DNA of 53,806 bases, from the IMG/VR virus record IMGVR_UViG_3300018933_000006, positions 1 through 53,806 of that record. The stretch is one strand, 5' to 3'. The stretch's first letter is position 1. The number at the start of each line of letters is the position of its first letter. The DNA comes from a virus (taxonomy: Duplodnaviria > Caudoviricetes). Positions 1 to 8,012 of this stretch are shown here, piece by piece. The notes below the pieces were generated by a model. It made no database searches. It saw nothing but the letters and a program-made list of their open reading frames with translations, and had not been told where the DNA came from. The position numbers and the translations under genes are program-made.

Positions 1-2
1 AG

Positions 3-188
3 GTCACCCCCGGTGTCCTCGGCTTCATCGTCTTCGCCGTGATGGGCCTGGCCGTCTGGGCCCTGATGAAGTCGATGAACCGGCACATGGGCAAGGTCGA
101 CTTTGAGGAACGCGAAAACAGCGAGGCCGCTGCGGTGACCAGTGGGAACGGTCCAGGGGAGGCTGACGCCTCAACTGCTGGAAAGTAG
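3..188 (+). CDS. 3' part of small host membrane protein (integration target) with phage-supplied C-terminus; 5' end outside window
   Basis: Open frame VTPGVLGFIVFAVMGLAVWALMKSMNRHMGKVDFEE-RENSEAAAVTSGNGPGEADASTAGK*; hydrophobic helix precedes the att core. Confidence 0.8.
   Translation, partial: VTPGVLGFIVFAVMGLAVWALMKSMNRHMGKVDFEERENSEAAAVTSGNGPGEADASTAGK
64..103 (+). repeat. Left attachment core (40 bp; homology extends to 109 with one mismatch)
   Basis: TGATGAAGTCGATGAACCGGCACATGGGCAAGGTCGACTT identical to 53709-53748. Confidence 0.95.
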
Positions 189-195
189 CGGCTAC

Positions 196-221
196 CTAGA
201 GATTATTAGAGATTTCTAGAG
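196..221 (+). promoter_or_regulatory. 10-bp-period TAGAGATT direct repeats next to left att (candidate Xis/Cro sites)
   Basis: TAGAGATT at 197 and 207, TAGAG at 217; AT-rich for this genome. Confidence 0.55.
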
Positions 222-248
222 GGTGGTCAGGGCTACTCCGCAAGATCA

Positions 249-273
249 TCTCCCATGATTCTCCCATGGGAGA
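249..273. promoter_or_regulatory. Candidate integrase arm-type sites (left arm)
   Basis: TCTCCCA at 249 and 260, inverted copy at 267; same motif near the right att (53592, 53631, 53642). Confidence 0.55.
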
Positions 274-371
274 TGGTGGCGCGTCCGCTCCTGCCGGCCG
301 GATCGCCGGTCGGCGGGGGCTGGCGCTACCGTCCCGGGAGCCTGGACACTGGCCATCCCGGCAGCGGAAGC

Positions 372-384
372 TGTGACGGTCACA
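372..384. promoter_or_regulatory. Palindrome TGTGAC-G-GTCACA, candidate operator upstream of XRE gene
   Basis: Perfect inverted repeat ending 15 nt before the ATG at 400. Confidence 0.3.
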
Positions 385-399
385 CGCGTAGAGGTGAGG

Positions 400-810
400 A
401 TGATGACTGCCGAGGCTGCGGGAGCGCCGCGCACAGATCTGTCCGACCTCGTACGTCAGCGCATGCAGGAACTCGGGCTGAGCTTCCGCACCCTCGCGGA
501 CGCGTGCATCGACCCTGAGAACCCTGAAGACGGCCCGTTGTGGAGGCGTAGCACCATCGACGCCCTCTCCAAGGGGCAGCGCATCAAGGCCCCGGACTTT
601 CCCCAGCTGCGGGCCCTCGCTGCCGGCCTACGGGTCCCCATATGGCAGGTCCAGGAGGCTGCTGGCTCGCAGTTCCTCCATATCGACACCGTGTGGTCGG
701 CCGACGGTCGAGTCCGGGCACTGGTCGAGGGCTTCCGGGAGATGAGCCGTGAGGACCAGGACAAGGTGATGGCCCTCATGGAGTCTCGCCGCCAAGTTCG
801 GCAGCGGTGA
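400..810 (+). CDS. XRE-family HTH transcriptional regulator
   Basis: LSDLVRQRMQELGLSFRTLA...LRALAAGLRV HTH pattern; RBS GAGGTGAGG before ATG 400/403. Confidence 0.8.
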   Translation: MMTAEAAGAPRTDLSDLVRQRMQELGLSFRTLADACIDPENPEDGPLWRRSTIDALSKGQRIKAPDFPQLRALAAGLRVPIWQVQEAAGSQFLHIDTVWSADGRVRALVEGFREMSREDQDKVMALMESRRQVRQR

Positions 811-995
811 TTGTTTTTGGTCAACTGACGCCCCGTTGAACCTAGTTGAGCTGCGGTAGTTACAGAGGGTTCCAGAGGTATTGGCTGAAAGTCACCGGCG
901 GTGCATGATGGTCGTCCGCCTGGGGGCGAATTGAACGGCATCTGCGCTGCCTGCCTTGCGAGCAGGGGCGGGCGGCGCGGGCAAACGGAGGCGAT

Positions 996-1502
996 ATGTC
1001 GCATCAGTACTCGTCAGCCGTCTACCACCTGGACTTTTCAGGTCGCATCCCTTCGGGTCAGCTCATCCACGTGGAGGACCATCCCGGCGAAGTGGCCGAG
1101 ATCTACCTTCATCGGCTCCACGTGCGGAGCCCCCTCCTCTGGCAGATCAACTGGCTCACCCGTCAGCAGGTGGGGTACGGCCTGTGGCGTCAGCGATGGA
1201 CCGAGGACGGGCGGATGTGCGCGCCCGCCGAGGGTCTCGGCGTCGCCGTCTCCCGGTGGGACATCGTGCCTGCCTCGGAGATGCCGAGCGACTGCTACGT
1301 CTTCCCGGTCGAGGACGACGGCAGCTGCGTATGGCTCATCCGGGTCGGCTACTGCACAGTCGAACTCCAGTCCGAGATGAATCGGATGCTTGAGCGCATA
1401 GCGGGCGACGGGTTGTGGCTTCAGGATTGGTATGGAGACGTCCGGACCACCGCGCTGACGCTCCCGGCGCCCTCCGGGCTGGCACCCGTGCTGACCCCAT
1501 AG
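996..1502 (+). CDS. Hypothetical protein built of two tandem similar domains, partner of XRE gene
   Basis: RBS GGAGG; halves end GYGLWRQRW and GDGLWLQDW. Confidence 0.75.
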   Translation: MSHQYSSAVYHLDFSGRIPSGQLIHVEDHPGEVAEIYLHRLHVRSPLLWQINWLTRQQVGYGLWRQRWTEDGRMCAPAEGLGVAVSRWDIVPASEMPSDCYVFPVEDDGSCVWLIRVGYCTVELQSEMNRMLERIAGDGLWLQDWYGDVRTTALTLPAPSGLAPVLTP

Positions 1503-1518
1503 GAGGTGCTGAAAGTGA

Positions 1519-1547
1519 CGGCGCCCCCGCAGGTAGCGGGGGCGCCG
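1519..1547. terminator. GC-rich hairpin downstream of 996-1502
   Basis: 12-bp perfect stem CGGCGCCCCCGC/GCGGGGGCGCCG, 5-nt loop. Confidence 0.6.
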
Positions 1548-1705
1548 CGGTCCCTCCCGCTCCGCCTGGGGGGCTGATGTGGGAGGGCCGTAACGAGAGG
1601 GGGGTGGCTGATCATCTACACCGGAACTTCCCGGTCCCTCGCTAGATCAAACAATGTAGGCCTACGCCTACTGACAGAGGATCTTGAACCGGCGACGGTG
1701 GGCGG

Positions 1706-1942
1706 GTGCCGTCTGCCTCGCCCCCGCCGGATTGGGTGCTCGCCCGCCGCCGGGCTGTAGGTGACCGCATCCGCGCCGTGCGCCTCAATGCCAACCTCAC
1801 CCAAGAGGCGGTCGCCCTCGCCGCCGGCGTCGACCGGCCGTCTGTCGTGCGTATCGAGCAGGGACAGCAGTCGCCCACCCTGGACACCCTGATCCGTCTC
1901 GCCGACGCGATCGGCGTGCCGCTCGCGGACCTCGTCCGCTGA
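1706..1942 (+). CDS. Small XRE-family HTH regulator
   Basis: VGDRIRAVRLNANLTQEAVALAAGVDRPSVVRIEQGQQSPTLDTLIRLADAIGV. Confidence 0.9.
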   Translation: MPSASPPPDWVLARRRAVGDRIRAVRLNANLTQEAVALAAGVDRPSVVRIEQGQQSPTLDTLIRLADAIGVPLADLVR

Positions 1943-1958
1943 CACCCGGGCAGCGAGA

Positions 1959-2000
1959 GGCCCCGCCCATCCGCCACGGGGGGAGCAGACGAGCGGGGCC
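1959..2000 (-). terminator. Hairpin between convergent genes, loop UCCCCCCGUG
   Basis: 16-bp stem complete only on the minus-strand RNA through G-U pairs. Confidence 0.7.
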
Positions 2001-2008
2001 TGGTCCGG

Positions 2009-2134
2009 TCACGGCTTGCTGATCACGAAGGCTCGCACCGGACGCTCTTCCTTCGGGTCACGCGACGTCGGCTGCTGCGTGCGCTTCCACGCCGCAACCA
2101 GTTCCGCGTAGCGCGGGTCGATCCACTCGGACAT
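2009..2134 (-). CDS. 41-aa peptide MSEWIDPRYAELVAAWKRTQQ... (below ORF-track cutoff)
   Basis: RBS AGGAGG 5 nt before ATG; fills the gap between 2156 and the hairpin. Confidence 0.65.
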   Translation of the reverse strand: MSEWIDPRYAELVAAWKRTQQPTSRDPKEERPVRAFVISKP

Positions 2135-2155
2135 GACCACCTCCTGGCGGGCAGG

Positions 2156-2674
2156 CTATGCCACGCCAGGCTTCTTCGGCTTCGGCGTGATGACGATCGT
2201 GCAGTCCGGGGCGTGCTGGCACTTCGCCGCCACCGACACAAGCGTCTCGTCGGACGGCGGCCCCCACAGCTCCGGGTCCGCTTCCCAGCCGAGGCTTGCG
2301 ATGGTCTCTCGGGTCCGGTCGATGATCGGCGGGTCGTAGTTGGTGGGGTCGTAGCCCGGGTAGTGGTGGACGAAGCTCCCGCCCAGGCTCTCGCACAGCT
2401 CGGCGTACATGGCGGTGTGCAGGATCAGAGCGTGCCAGCCCTCATCCACGATTCGCGATGGGGCCAGACTGACGCCGGGGTTCTTGGCGCAGGCCGCGAC
2501 GAACTTCATCGCCTCCTCGACGATGTGGCCAGCCAGTGCCTCGCTCATGTCGGGGTTGGCGTCCATCACCGTGCTGCGGACGCTGGCGAACTGGTCGTCG
2601 GTGATGAGCATGCGCGCGAGTGCGGGCACAGCGGGGTTGTCCGGCGGGTCCATGGGGCCCGGAGGTATGGTCAC
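2156..2674 (-). CDS. Glycine-rich-domain-protein-like (GRDP/DUF1399-like) protein
   Basis: Motif LAPSRIVDEGWHALILHTAMYAELC...FVHHYP; RBS AAGGAG. Confidence 0.75.
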   Translation of the reverse strand: MTIPPGPMDPPDNPAVPALARMLITDDQFASVRSTVMDANPDMSEALAGHIVEEAMKFVAACAKNPGVSLAPSRIVDEGWHALILHTAMYAELCESLGGSFVHHYPGYDPTNYDPPIIDRTRETIASLGWEADPELWGPPSDETLVSVAAKCQHAPDCTIVITPKPKKPGVA

Positions 2675-2802
2675 GGGGTCTCCTTCGCTTGGTGCGGATG
2701 GGGATGGCCCGCCCGGGTCGGGGCACCTTGCCGGGTCTGCCCGGCCTGGGCGGGAGTGGGATCCGCTGTCCGGCGCGGTCGGCGGGCGCCGGGAGCGGGG
2801 GT

Positions 2803-3129
2803 CTACATGAGCCGGGCTATGGCCTCAGGGAGAAACAGGCCGCGGGCCCGGTGCTCACGCCAGAGGCTACTGTCGTCGTGCTGGTCGTAGTGGGCGCACA
2901 GCTCGCAGCCGTCCGCGTGCGGCGACGGGACGACCTCGGGGTGCTCGGCGGCGATATGCCGGGCTACGAGGATCTGCGCGAGGAATCCGGTGTCCGACTC
3001 GTCGTGCAGCAGGGCGATCATCAGATCGTCCATCAGGTCGCGGCAGGCGTCACAGCTCGTCAGGGGCGGGCGCAGGATGGGCCAGTGGATGGGCTGGGGC
3101 AGCGGCGGCCGGTTCGCGGTCTGCGTCAT
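2803..3129 (-). CDS. Hypothetical Cys/His metal-binding protein
   Basis: CDAC, CELC and conserved-looking His residues; RBS GGAGG; ATGA overlap. Confidence 0.7.
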   Translation of the reverse strand: MTQTANRPPLPQPIHWPILRPPLTSCDACRDLMDDLMIALLHDESDTGFLAQILVARHIAAEHPEVVPSPHADGCELCAHYDQHDDSSLWREHRARGLFLPEAIARLM

Positions 3130-3311
3130 CGAGTCCTCCGTGCCCGGTGGTGGTTGCGGATCTCCACGTTGCAGTCGCTGACCCGCGACCAGTCGCCGAC
3201 GGCGCGTGCCTGCTCGCGCTGTTTCACCAGGGCCTGGCAGACGTCGCAGTCCTTCAGCGGCTCGGGAGGGTCCGGCAGACCGAGGTCGAGGGGCTTCTCC
3301 TGAACGCTCAC
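3126..3311 (-). CDS. Small CxxC...H protein
   Basis: PEPLKDCDVCQALVKQREQARAVGDWSRVSDCNVEIRNH; GTGA overlap. Confidence 0.7.
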   Translation of the reverse strand: MSVQEKPLDLGLPDPPEPLKDCDVCQALVKQREQARAVGDWSRVSDCNVEIRNHHRARRTR

Positions 3312-3673
3312 GATTCGACCTCGCGCAGGTTCTCGTAGTGGTCGCAGAGGGCGTTGACCGAGCGGGCGAGCCGTTGCGCGTGTGCGATCCGCGCGGGAAG
3401 GGCCTGCCGTGGCTCCAGGCCGAGGCGCATGCGGGCCTCTCCGATGCCGGCGTGGGCGCACGCGCGGGGCACGTCGTCCTCCGGGAGGCGGGCGGCCAGG
3501 GCCTCAACGACGGGGATGGCGAGCATGAGGTGGCCGCGCAGCTGGAGCGTCAGCGTGTCCAGCTCGTCGTCGGACGGCAGTTCGGCGTCCTCAACGAGCA
3601 GACGGCGTGCGGCGGTACGCATCGCCTCGACGTCCAGCGGCGTCGCGTCCAGCACGTCTTTCGTGAGGATCAC
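3308..3673 (-). CDS. DUF6415-like protein
   Basis: LTLQLRGHLMLAIPVVE...GEARMRL...RLARSVNALCDHYE pattern. Confidence 0.7.
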   Translation of the reverse strand: MILTKDVLDATPLDVEAMRTAARRLLVEDAELPSDDELDTLTLQLRGHLMLAIPVVEALAARLPEDDVPRACAHAGIGEARMRLGLEPRQALPARIAHAQRLARSVNALCDHYENLREVES

Positions 3674-3903
3674 CGGACTGCCTCCAGGCCGCGAGGTGCC
3701 GGAACGGAGTGGACCAGGCCCAGGGCCTCGGCCAGCTGTGTGAAGAGGCGGTGTGCCTCTGTGCGGGACAGGACCAGGTCCACGTCGCCGCGGCGCTCGT
3801 CGACCGCGTACAGGGCGAGGGGCACCCGGACCTCGCCGGTGACGTGGACGGTGGTCAGCGGTTCGCCGCGGCGCGTGGACGCGTGCAGTCGTGCGGGGAG
3901 CAT
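3670..3903 (-). CDS. Hypothetical protein, first gene of DUF6415 operon
   Basis: Coupled overlap with the next gene. Confidence 0.6.
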   Translation of the reverse strand: MLPARLHASTRRGEPLTTVHVTGEVRVPLALYAVDERRGDVDLVLSRTEAHRLFTQLAEALGLVHSVPAPRGLEAVR

Positions 3904-3968
3904 GCCGTACCCCGTTCAGTAGGCGACTGAGTGCGGAGCGTCACCGTACTGATGCGGGCAAGAGAGAA

Positions 3969-4005
3969 GGGGGACAGATTGTCCCCCTGTCCCACTCTGT
4001 CCCCC
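3969..4005. promoter_or_regulatory. Operator-like array upstream of DUF6415 operon
   Basis: GGGGGACA-GAT-TGTCCCCC inverted repeat plus TGTCCC at 3980, 3988, 3998. Confidence 0.6.
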
Positions 4006-4008
4006 TGG

Positions 4009-5238
4009 TCAGCCGGTCGCGATGCCGACCTTCTCGGCGAGCGCGCCTGCCTCCCTGCGCATGGCCCGGGGAGCGTTCCGCCACAGGTCGGCGGCCACGG
4101 TCCGGGCGGACGGCGTGTAAGCGACGGTCTCGGCGCCGATCCTGTGGGCCATCTGCATGACGTGCAGGGCGGCGGTCCGGTCGCCTCGCTGGAGGTGCCC
4201 GCGGGCGACCTCGACCCACAGGCGGGCCTGCCGCTCGACCGAGGGCATGGTGTCGGGGTCGATGTCGTCGGCCAGGCCGATCGCCTTCTGCGATTTACGC
4301 AGGTCGGTGGCGACACTCACGGCGTGGAAGTCCACGTTGGCGCGCCCGAACACCGTGCTCGGGTGCACGTAGCTGGCGGGTAGGGACTTGGCGACCTGGT
4401 CGCCCTTGTCCCAGTACCGCCAGGCGTCGCCCTCGCGGCCCTCGCGCGCGGTGGTGACTGCGGCGTGCAGCTGGAGCGCGCCGTAGATGCCGCGCCAGTC
4501 GTCGGGTGCGGAGTCCAGGTGCGGCCGGATGAGGTCGGCCGCCTCCAGAACGACGCGCAGCGCCTCCTCGGGGTAGCTCGTTTCGCGCAGGATGTTGCCC
4601 ATGTTCCAGGCCGCGGCCGCGATCGCTGCGGGCTGATCGGCGTCCTGCGCGGCCGCCAGCGCGCGGTCCGCGACGACCCAAGCGAGTTCGGCCGGCGCGA
4701 CGTAGGCGGTGGCCTGCCCGGTCAGGCGGTAGACATCGGACAGGGCGACCAGCGCGGTGCGTCGCTGCTCGCCGTCGAGGGTGCGCACGGCTGCCTCGAT
4801 GTCGCGGATCAACTCGGGGAGAACGGCGCCCACTTCGGTGCGGTTGTGCTGGGAGGTGTGCCACAAGCGCCATGTCTGGTCGACGCGGCCCTGGAGGATT
4901 GCCGGTTCTATCGGTGTGTCAGAGCGTCGGGCGGTCAGTGTGCGCTGCATGACAGCGGCCCAGATGCCGGGCATGGCCGGGTGGGGCAGCCTGCCAAGTG
5001 GTACCGAAGCGGCTGGCCCGTCGGTGCCGGTGATGACGGCCAGGTCGTGGACCTGGAGGGCGGCGGCCAGACGCAGCAGCAGCGTATGAGAGCGCAGTTC
5101 GCGTTCGCCCGTTTCGATCTTCTTCAACCAGTCGCTACTACGACCGCAAAGCTGTGCGAGTGCGGCCCGAGACATGCCGCGGGACTCCCGCAGGACCCTG
5201 ATCCGTTCGCCGACGCTGAGTTCCGCTGAGAGATCCAA
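4009..5238 (-). CDS. XRE-HTH regulator with long helical (TPR-like) C-terminal domain
   Basis: VGERIRVLRESRGMSRAALAQLCGRSSDWLKKIETGER, then Ala-rich helical repeats; TTG start with AAGGGGG RBS. Confidence 0.85.
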   Translation of the reverse strand: MDLSAELSVGERIRVLRESRGMSRAALAQLCGRSSDWLKKIETGERELRSHTLLLRLAAALQVHDLAVITGTDGPAASVPLGRLPHPAMPGIWAAVMQRTLTARRSDTPIEPAILQGRVDQTWRLWHTSQHNRTEVGAVLPELIRDIEAAVRTLDGEQRRTALVALSDVYRLTGQATAYVAPAELAWVVADRALAAAQDADQPAAIAAAAWNMGNILRETSYPEEALRVVLEAADLIRPHLDSAPDDWRGIYGALQLHAAVTTAREGREGDAWRYWDKGDQVAKSLPASYVHPSTVFGRANVDFHAVSVATDLRKSQKAIGLADDIDPDTMPSVERQARLWVEVARGHLQRGDRTAALHVMQMAHRIGAETVAYTPSARTVAADLWRNAPRAMRREAGALAEKVGIATG

Positions 5239-5315
5239 TGGTGCCCCCTTGGGTGCCGGTGCCGGTGCCGTTGTCGTCAGGGTAAGGCGGCCGTCAATGT
5301 CGAACATGACGAATG

Positions 5316-5345
5316 GCCCCCTCCCGCCCGAAGGCGAGAGGGGGC
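5316..5345 (-). terminator. Terminator of the lysis operon with cUUCGg tetraloop
   Basis: Minus-strand stem closing C-TTCG-G, 6 nt after the collagen gene stop. Confidence 0.7.
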
Positions 5346-5351
5346 ATGAGG

Positions 5352-6050
5352 TCATGGGTACTGTCGTCGCTGCGGGTCGAGGCCTGCGGACAGCAGGTTC
5401 CCGCCGCCGCTCGGCTCCGGGTTGGGTGCGCCATCGCGGCGGCAGACGAGGGCGTCGGGGTCCCAGCTCGGGGCCTGGAGGCTGTACCCGTCGGGGCAGG
5501 AAGGTCCGGCGGGCCCGGGTTCCCCGCGCTCGCCTTGCGGTCCCTGCTCACCTTGAGGCCCCGGCGGGCCGACCGGTCCGGCCGGGCCCGGTTCCCCTTG
5601 CGGTCCTGGCGGTCCTGCCGCGCCTGCCGCTCCGGGCTCCCCTGCGGCACCCGGTTCACCTGCGGCGCCCGGCTCGCCGGCCTCCCCGGCGGCTCCGTCT
5701 CCTCCGCGTGCCCCCGTCTTCCCCGGCGCGCCGGAGGGCCCAGCGGGTCCGGGCGGGCCCGGCTCACCCTGTGGCCCTGGCGGGCCGGACGGTCCTGGCG
5801 GGCCGGTCACCGACGGGCCGGGCTCGCCGCGGCTCCCCGGGGGCCCGGCCACAGGCTGCGCCCCAAGAGCTTCCACCTGCCTGGCCAGTGCGTCCCGCGC
5901 TGCGTTGGCGGTGTGCAGATCGTGGCTGAGAGCCTGGACGCTGAGGACAATCCATGCGACCGCGGCCCCGAGGCCGACAGCGGCGACGACGGTCCACGCG
6001 TTGCCGCGCCGCCACCGGCGCTCCTCGGTCCGCATCTGCGACTGCGTCAC
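5352..6050 (-). CDS. Membrane-anchored collagen-like protein (lysis cassette)
   Basis: N-terminal TM, coiled coil, long Gly-X-Y tract, C-terminal Cys pair. Confidence 0.9.
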   Translation of the reverse strand: MTQSQMRTEERRWRRGNAWTVVAAVGLGAAVAWIVLSVQALSHDLHTANAARDALARQVEALGAQPVAGPPGSRGEPGPSVTGPPGPSGPPGPQGEPGPPGPAGPSGAPGKTGARGGDGAAGEAGEPGAAGEPGAAGEPGAAGAAGPPGPQGEPGPAGPVGPPGPQGEQGPQGERGEPGPAGPSCPDGYSLQAPSWDPDALVCRRDGAPNPEPSGGGNLLSAGLDPQRRQYP

Positions 6051-6052
6051 GG

Positions 6053-6343
6053 TCAGGCCCCCCGAGTCAGCAGGATGATGACGGGCAAGAGGATTCCGAT
6101 CAGCGGCACGATCACAGCGCCGATCAGCCAGCGCCTGGTGGTGACGAGCCGCTCGGCGTCCTTCTCCCGCAGCGTCTCCAGCGTGGTGACCCGCGCGCCG
6201 AGTGCCTCGTGGCGCAGGTCGTAGATGCGCTGGTCGACCTTCTCGTCCATGCGCCGGCCGAGCTGCTGGATGTCGTCGCGGAGGTCGACGAACCGGTCCT
6301 CGAACCGCCTGACGACCTCGCCGAGGGTCGGCTCATCGGTCAC
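6053..6343 (-). CDS. Coiled-coil protein with C-terminal TM (lysis accessory)
   Basis: Single C-terminal hydrophobic helix; position in lysis cassette. Confidence 0.8.
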   Translation of the reverse strand: MTDEPTLGEVVRRFEDRFVDLRDDIQQLGRRMDEKVDQRIYDLRHEALGARVTTLETLREKDAERLVTTRRWLIGAVIVPLIGILLPVIILLTRGA

Positions 6344-6355
6344 GTGCTGCTCCGA

Positions 6356-6721
6356 TCAGAGAGCGGTCGGCCTGGCGTGCTGCGAGGCGGGCGCGGTGGG
6401 GGAGGCCGGGGAGACCTGGCCTCGGGTGATGAACATCAGGACGGAGAGGACCAGTCCGTTGATGGCTGCGGTGGTGGTGGGCTGTACTTCATAGCCGAAG
6501 GCGGCGATGGCCGAGGCCAGGGTGGCGACAAGGGTCGTGAAGGCCTGCACGGCGATCGGCCGGGTGAGGGCGGCGGCGATGGCGCCGAGGATCGCGGAGA
6601 CGCCGGCCACGGTCCAGCCAGCTTGCTCCTCGGTGAGGCCGACGTTGAAGGTGACGACCAGGCCGAGGATCGCGCTGAGGCTGTTCAGCCAGAGCGCGGG
6701 TTCGCGTCCGAAGATCTTCAT
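6356..6721 (-). CDS. Putative holin
   Basis: MKIFGREPALW start, ~4 hydrophobic segments, near the endolysin. Confidence 0.75.
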   Translation of the reverse strand: MKIFGREPALWLNSLSAILGLVVTFNVGLTEEQAGWTVAGVSAILGAIAAALTRPIAVQAFTTLVATLASAIAAFGYEVQPTTTAAINGLVLSVLMFITRGQVSPASPTAPASQHARPTAL

Positions 6722-6733
6722 GGTGGTCTCTTC

Positions 6734-7087
6734 CTAGACGGGCTGCGCCAGCTGGCGGCAGCCGATGACGGTGCCCGCGCTGTCGCGGACTTCGCGGTAG
6801 GGGACGAGCAGATCCGACCGGCGCGGCGCCAGGGCCAGCGCGACGGGCAGTGACACGACGTAGGAGACGCCTGCGTGGCGGCGGGGCAGGCCCTGGGCGT
6901 GCCCGTACTGCACCACCTCGACCGGGACGCCATCGCGGTACTCGCGGGACAGCGGCACCACGCCGAGCCGGGCCGGGCGCTCCCCGGGTTCGATGACGTG
7001 CAGGAGGCCGGGCACCAGGTCGTCGATGCCGTCGGGCCGGTCGTCCGCGTAGAGCCTGATGGGGTGCGGGGTGAGGTTGACGATCAC
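6734..7087 (-). CDS. Uncharacterised phage protein with NLTPH...VRD.G.IGC motifs
   Basis: MIVNLTPHPI...YVVSLPVA...EVRDSAGTVIGCRQL; GTGA overlap with endolysin stop. Confidence 0.8.
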   Translation of the reverse strand: MIVNLTPHPIRLYADDRPDGIDDLVPGLLHVIEPGERPARLGVVPLSREYRDGVPVEVVQYGHAQGLPRRHAGVSYVVSLPVALALAPRRSDLLVPYREVRDSAGTVIGCRQLAQPV

Positions 7088-7950
7088 GCCACCACCCGGA
7101 ACCCGTACTTCTGGCCGAGGCGGGTCAGGGAGTCCCGGCCGAAGTAGCCGTCCGCAGGCTCGCCCGGCTTCCGGCCGCGGTAGCCGCACCGCTCCTGCCA
7201 CTCCGAGACGGCCGGCCGCGTCCGACTGCCGAGGGAGCCGTCGACCCACCGCAGCGCCAGGAATCCGGCCTTGTACAGGGCGGTCTCGACGATCAGGCCC
7301 TCCGCCCGGTAGGTGGTGCCACCCTGCGGCAGGCCCGGGTCGCGGCGCTGCGCGGCCTGGATGTGCGCCAGGCTCACCGTCGGTGGCTTCGATGGGGTCG
7401 ACGGGGTCGGCGGGGCCGTCGGCTTCCCGGCCCGGGCGATGATGGCGGGCAGCAGCTCGGCGTGGAACTGGGCCGCCCGCCTGTCGCCGGGGCACTTGGT
7501 GCCGGAGGGGGACCACTCGGGGTGCATCCGGTGGATGCCGAACCCGGGGTCGTCCCAGTCGCGGCAGGCCCGCAGCGGGATGCCGTGCGTGCGGTGCGCC
7601 CACACGCCGAGATCGGCTAGCGCGTCGAGCTGGTCGTCCGTCCACGAGTCCGAGGCCTTCGTGTTGGAGGCGGTCTCGACGCTGACGGCGCCGGTGCCAT
7701 CCGACCTGAGGTTGGCCCTGTAGTTGGCGTCGGCGCGGGTGGTGGTGGAGAGGTACTGACCGAGGCTGCCGTCGAAGTCGCAGCCAAAGTGCGATTCGAG
7801 GCTGGTGCTGTTCTTCCAGTAGGCGTACAGGCGCTGCTCGTCCCACGGGGCGACGATGCTGTGGAAGATCAGCTGTGTGGGTCTGATCGTGGGCTGCTCG
7901 CGTGCTTCCGGCTGCAACTCCAGCCGGACCGCGTCCGTGTACCAGGCCAT
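7084..7950 (-). CDS. Endolysin: N-acetylmuramoyl-L-alanine amidase with C-terminal peptidoglycan-binding domain
   Basis: IFHS, SHF, SVET, HRM...TKCPG amidase-2 motifs; P/T linker; DGSLGSRT/DGYFGRDS repeats. Confidence 0.9.
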   Translation of the reverse strand: MAWYTDAVRLELQPEAREQPTIRPTQLIFHSIVAPWDEQRLYAYWKNSTSLESHFGCDFDGSLGQYLSTTTRADANYRANLRSDGTGAVSVETASNTKASDSWTDDQLDALADLGVWAHRTHGIPLRACRDWDDPGFGIHRMHPEWSPSGTKCPGDRRAAQFHAELLPAIIARAGKPTAPPTPSTPSKPPTVSLAHIQAAQRRDPGLPQGGTTYRAEGLIVETALYKAGFLALRWVDGSLGSRTRPAVSEWQERCGYRGRKPGEPADGYFGRDSLTRLGQKYGFRVVA

Positions 7951-7965
7951 GGGGCCTCCAGACAT

Positions 7966-7997
7966 GAGAAAGGCCCCGGCCAACTGGGCGCGGGGCG
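7966..7997 (-). terminator. Hairpin plus short U tract between tail and lysis genes
   Basis: GCCCCG...CGGGGC followed by CTTTCTC. Confidence 0.45.
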
Positions 7998-8012
7998 GGC
8001 GGTAGAGGGTGG

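Noticed and set aside
3-188. Host gene inactivated by integration
   Set aside because: Frame stays open through att to a phage-supplied stop
4009-5238. Complete arbitrium-like system
   Set aside because: No adjacent signal-peptide-bearing small ORF found; only the receptor-like architecture is present
5590-5700. 18-bp tandem repeats as a cis-acting element
   Set aside because: Explained by GEPGAA collagen units in a single frame
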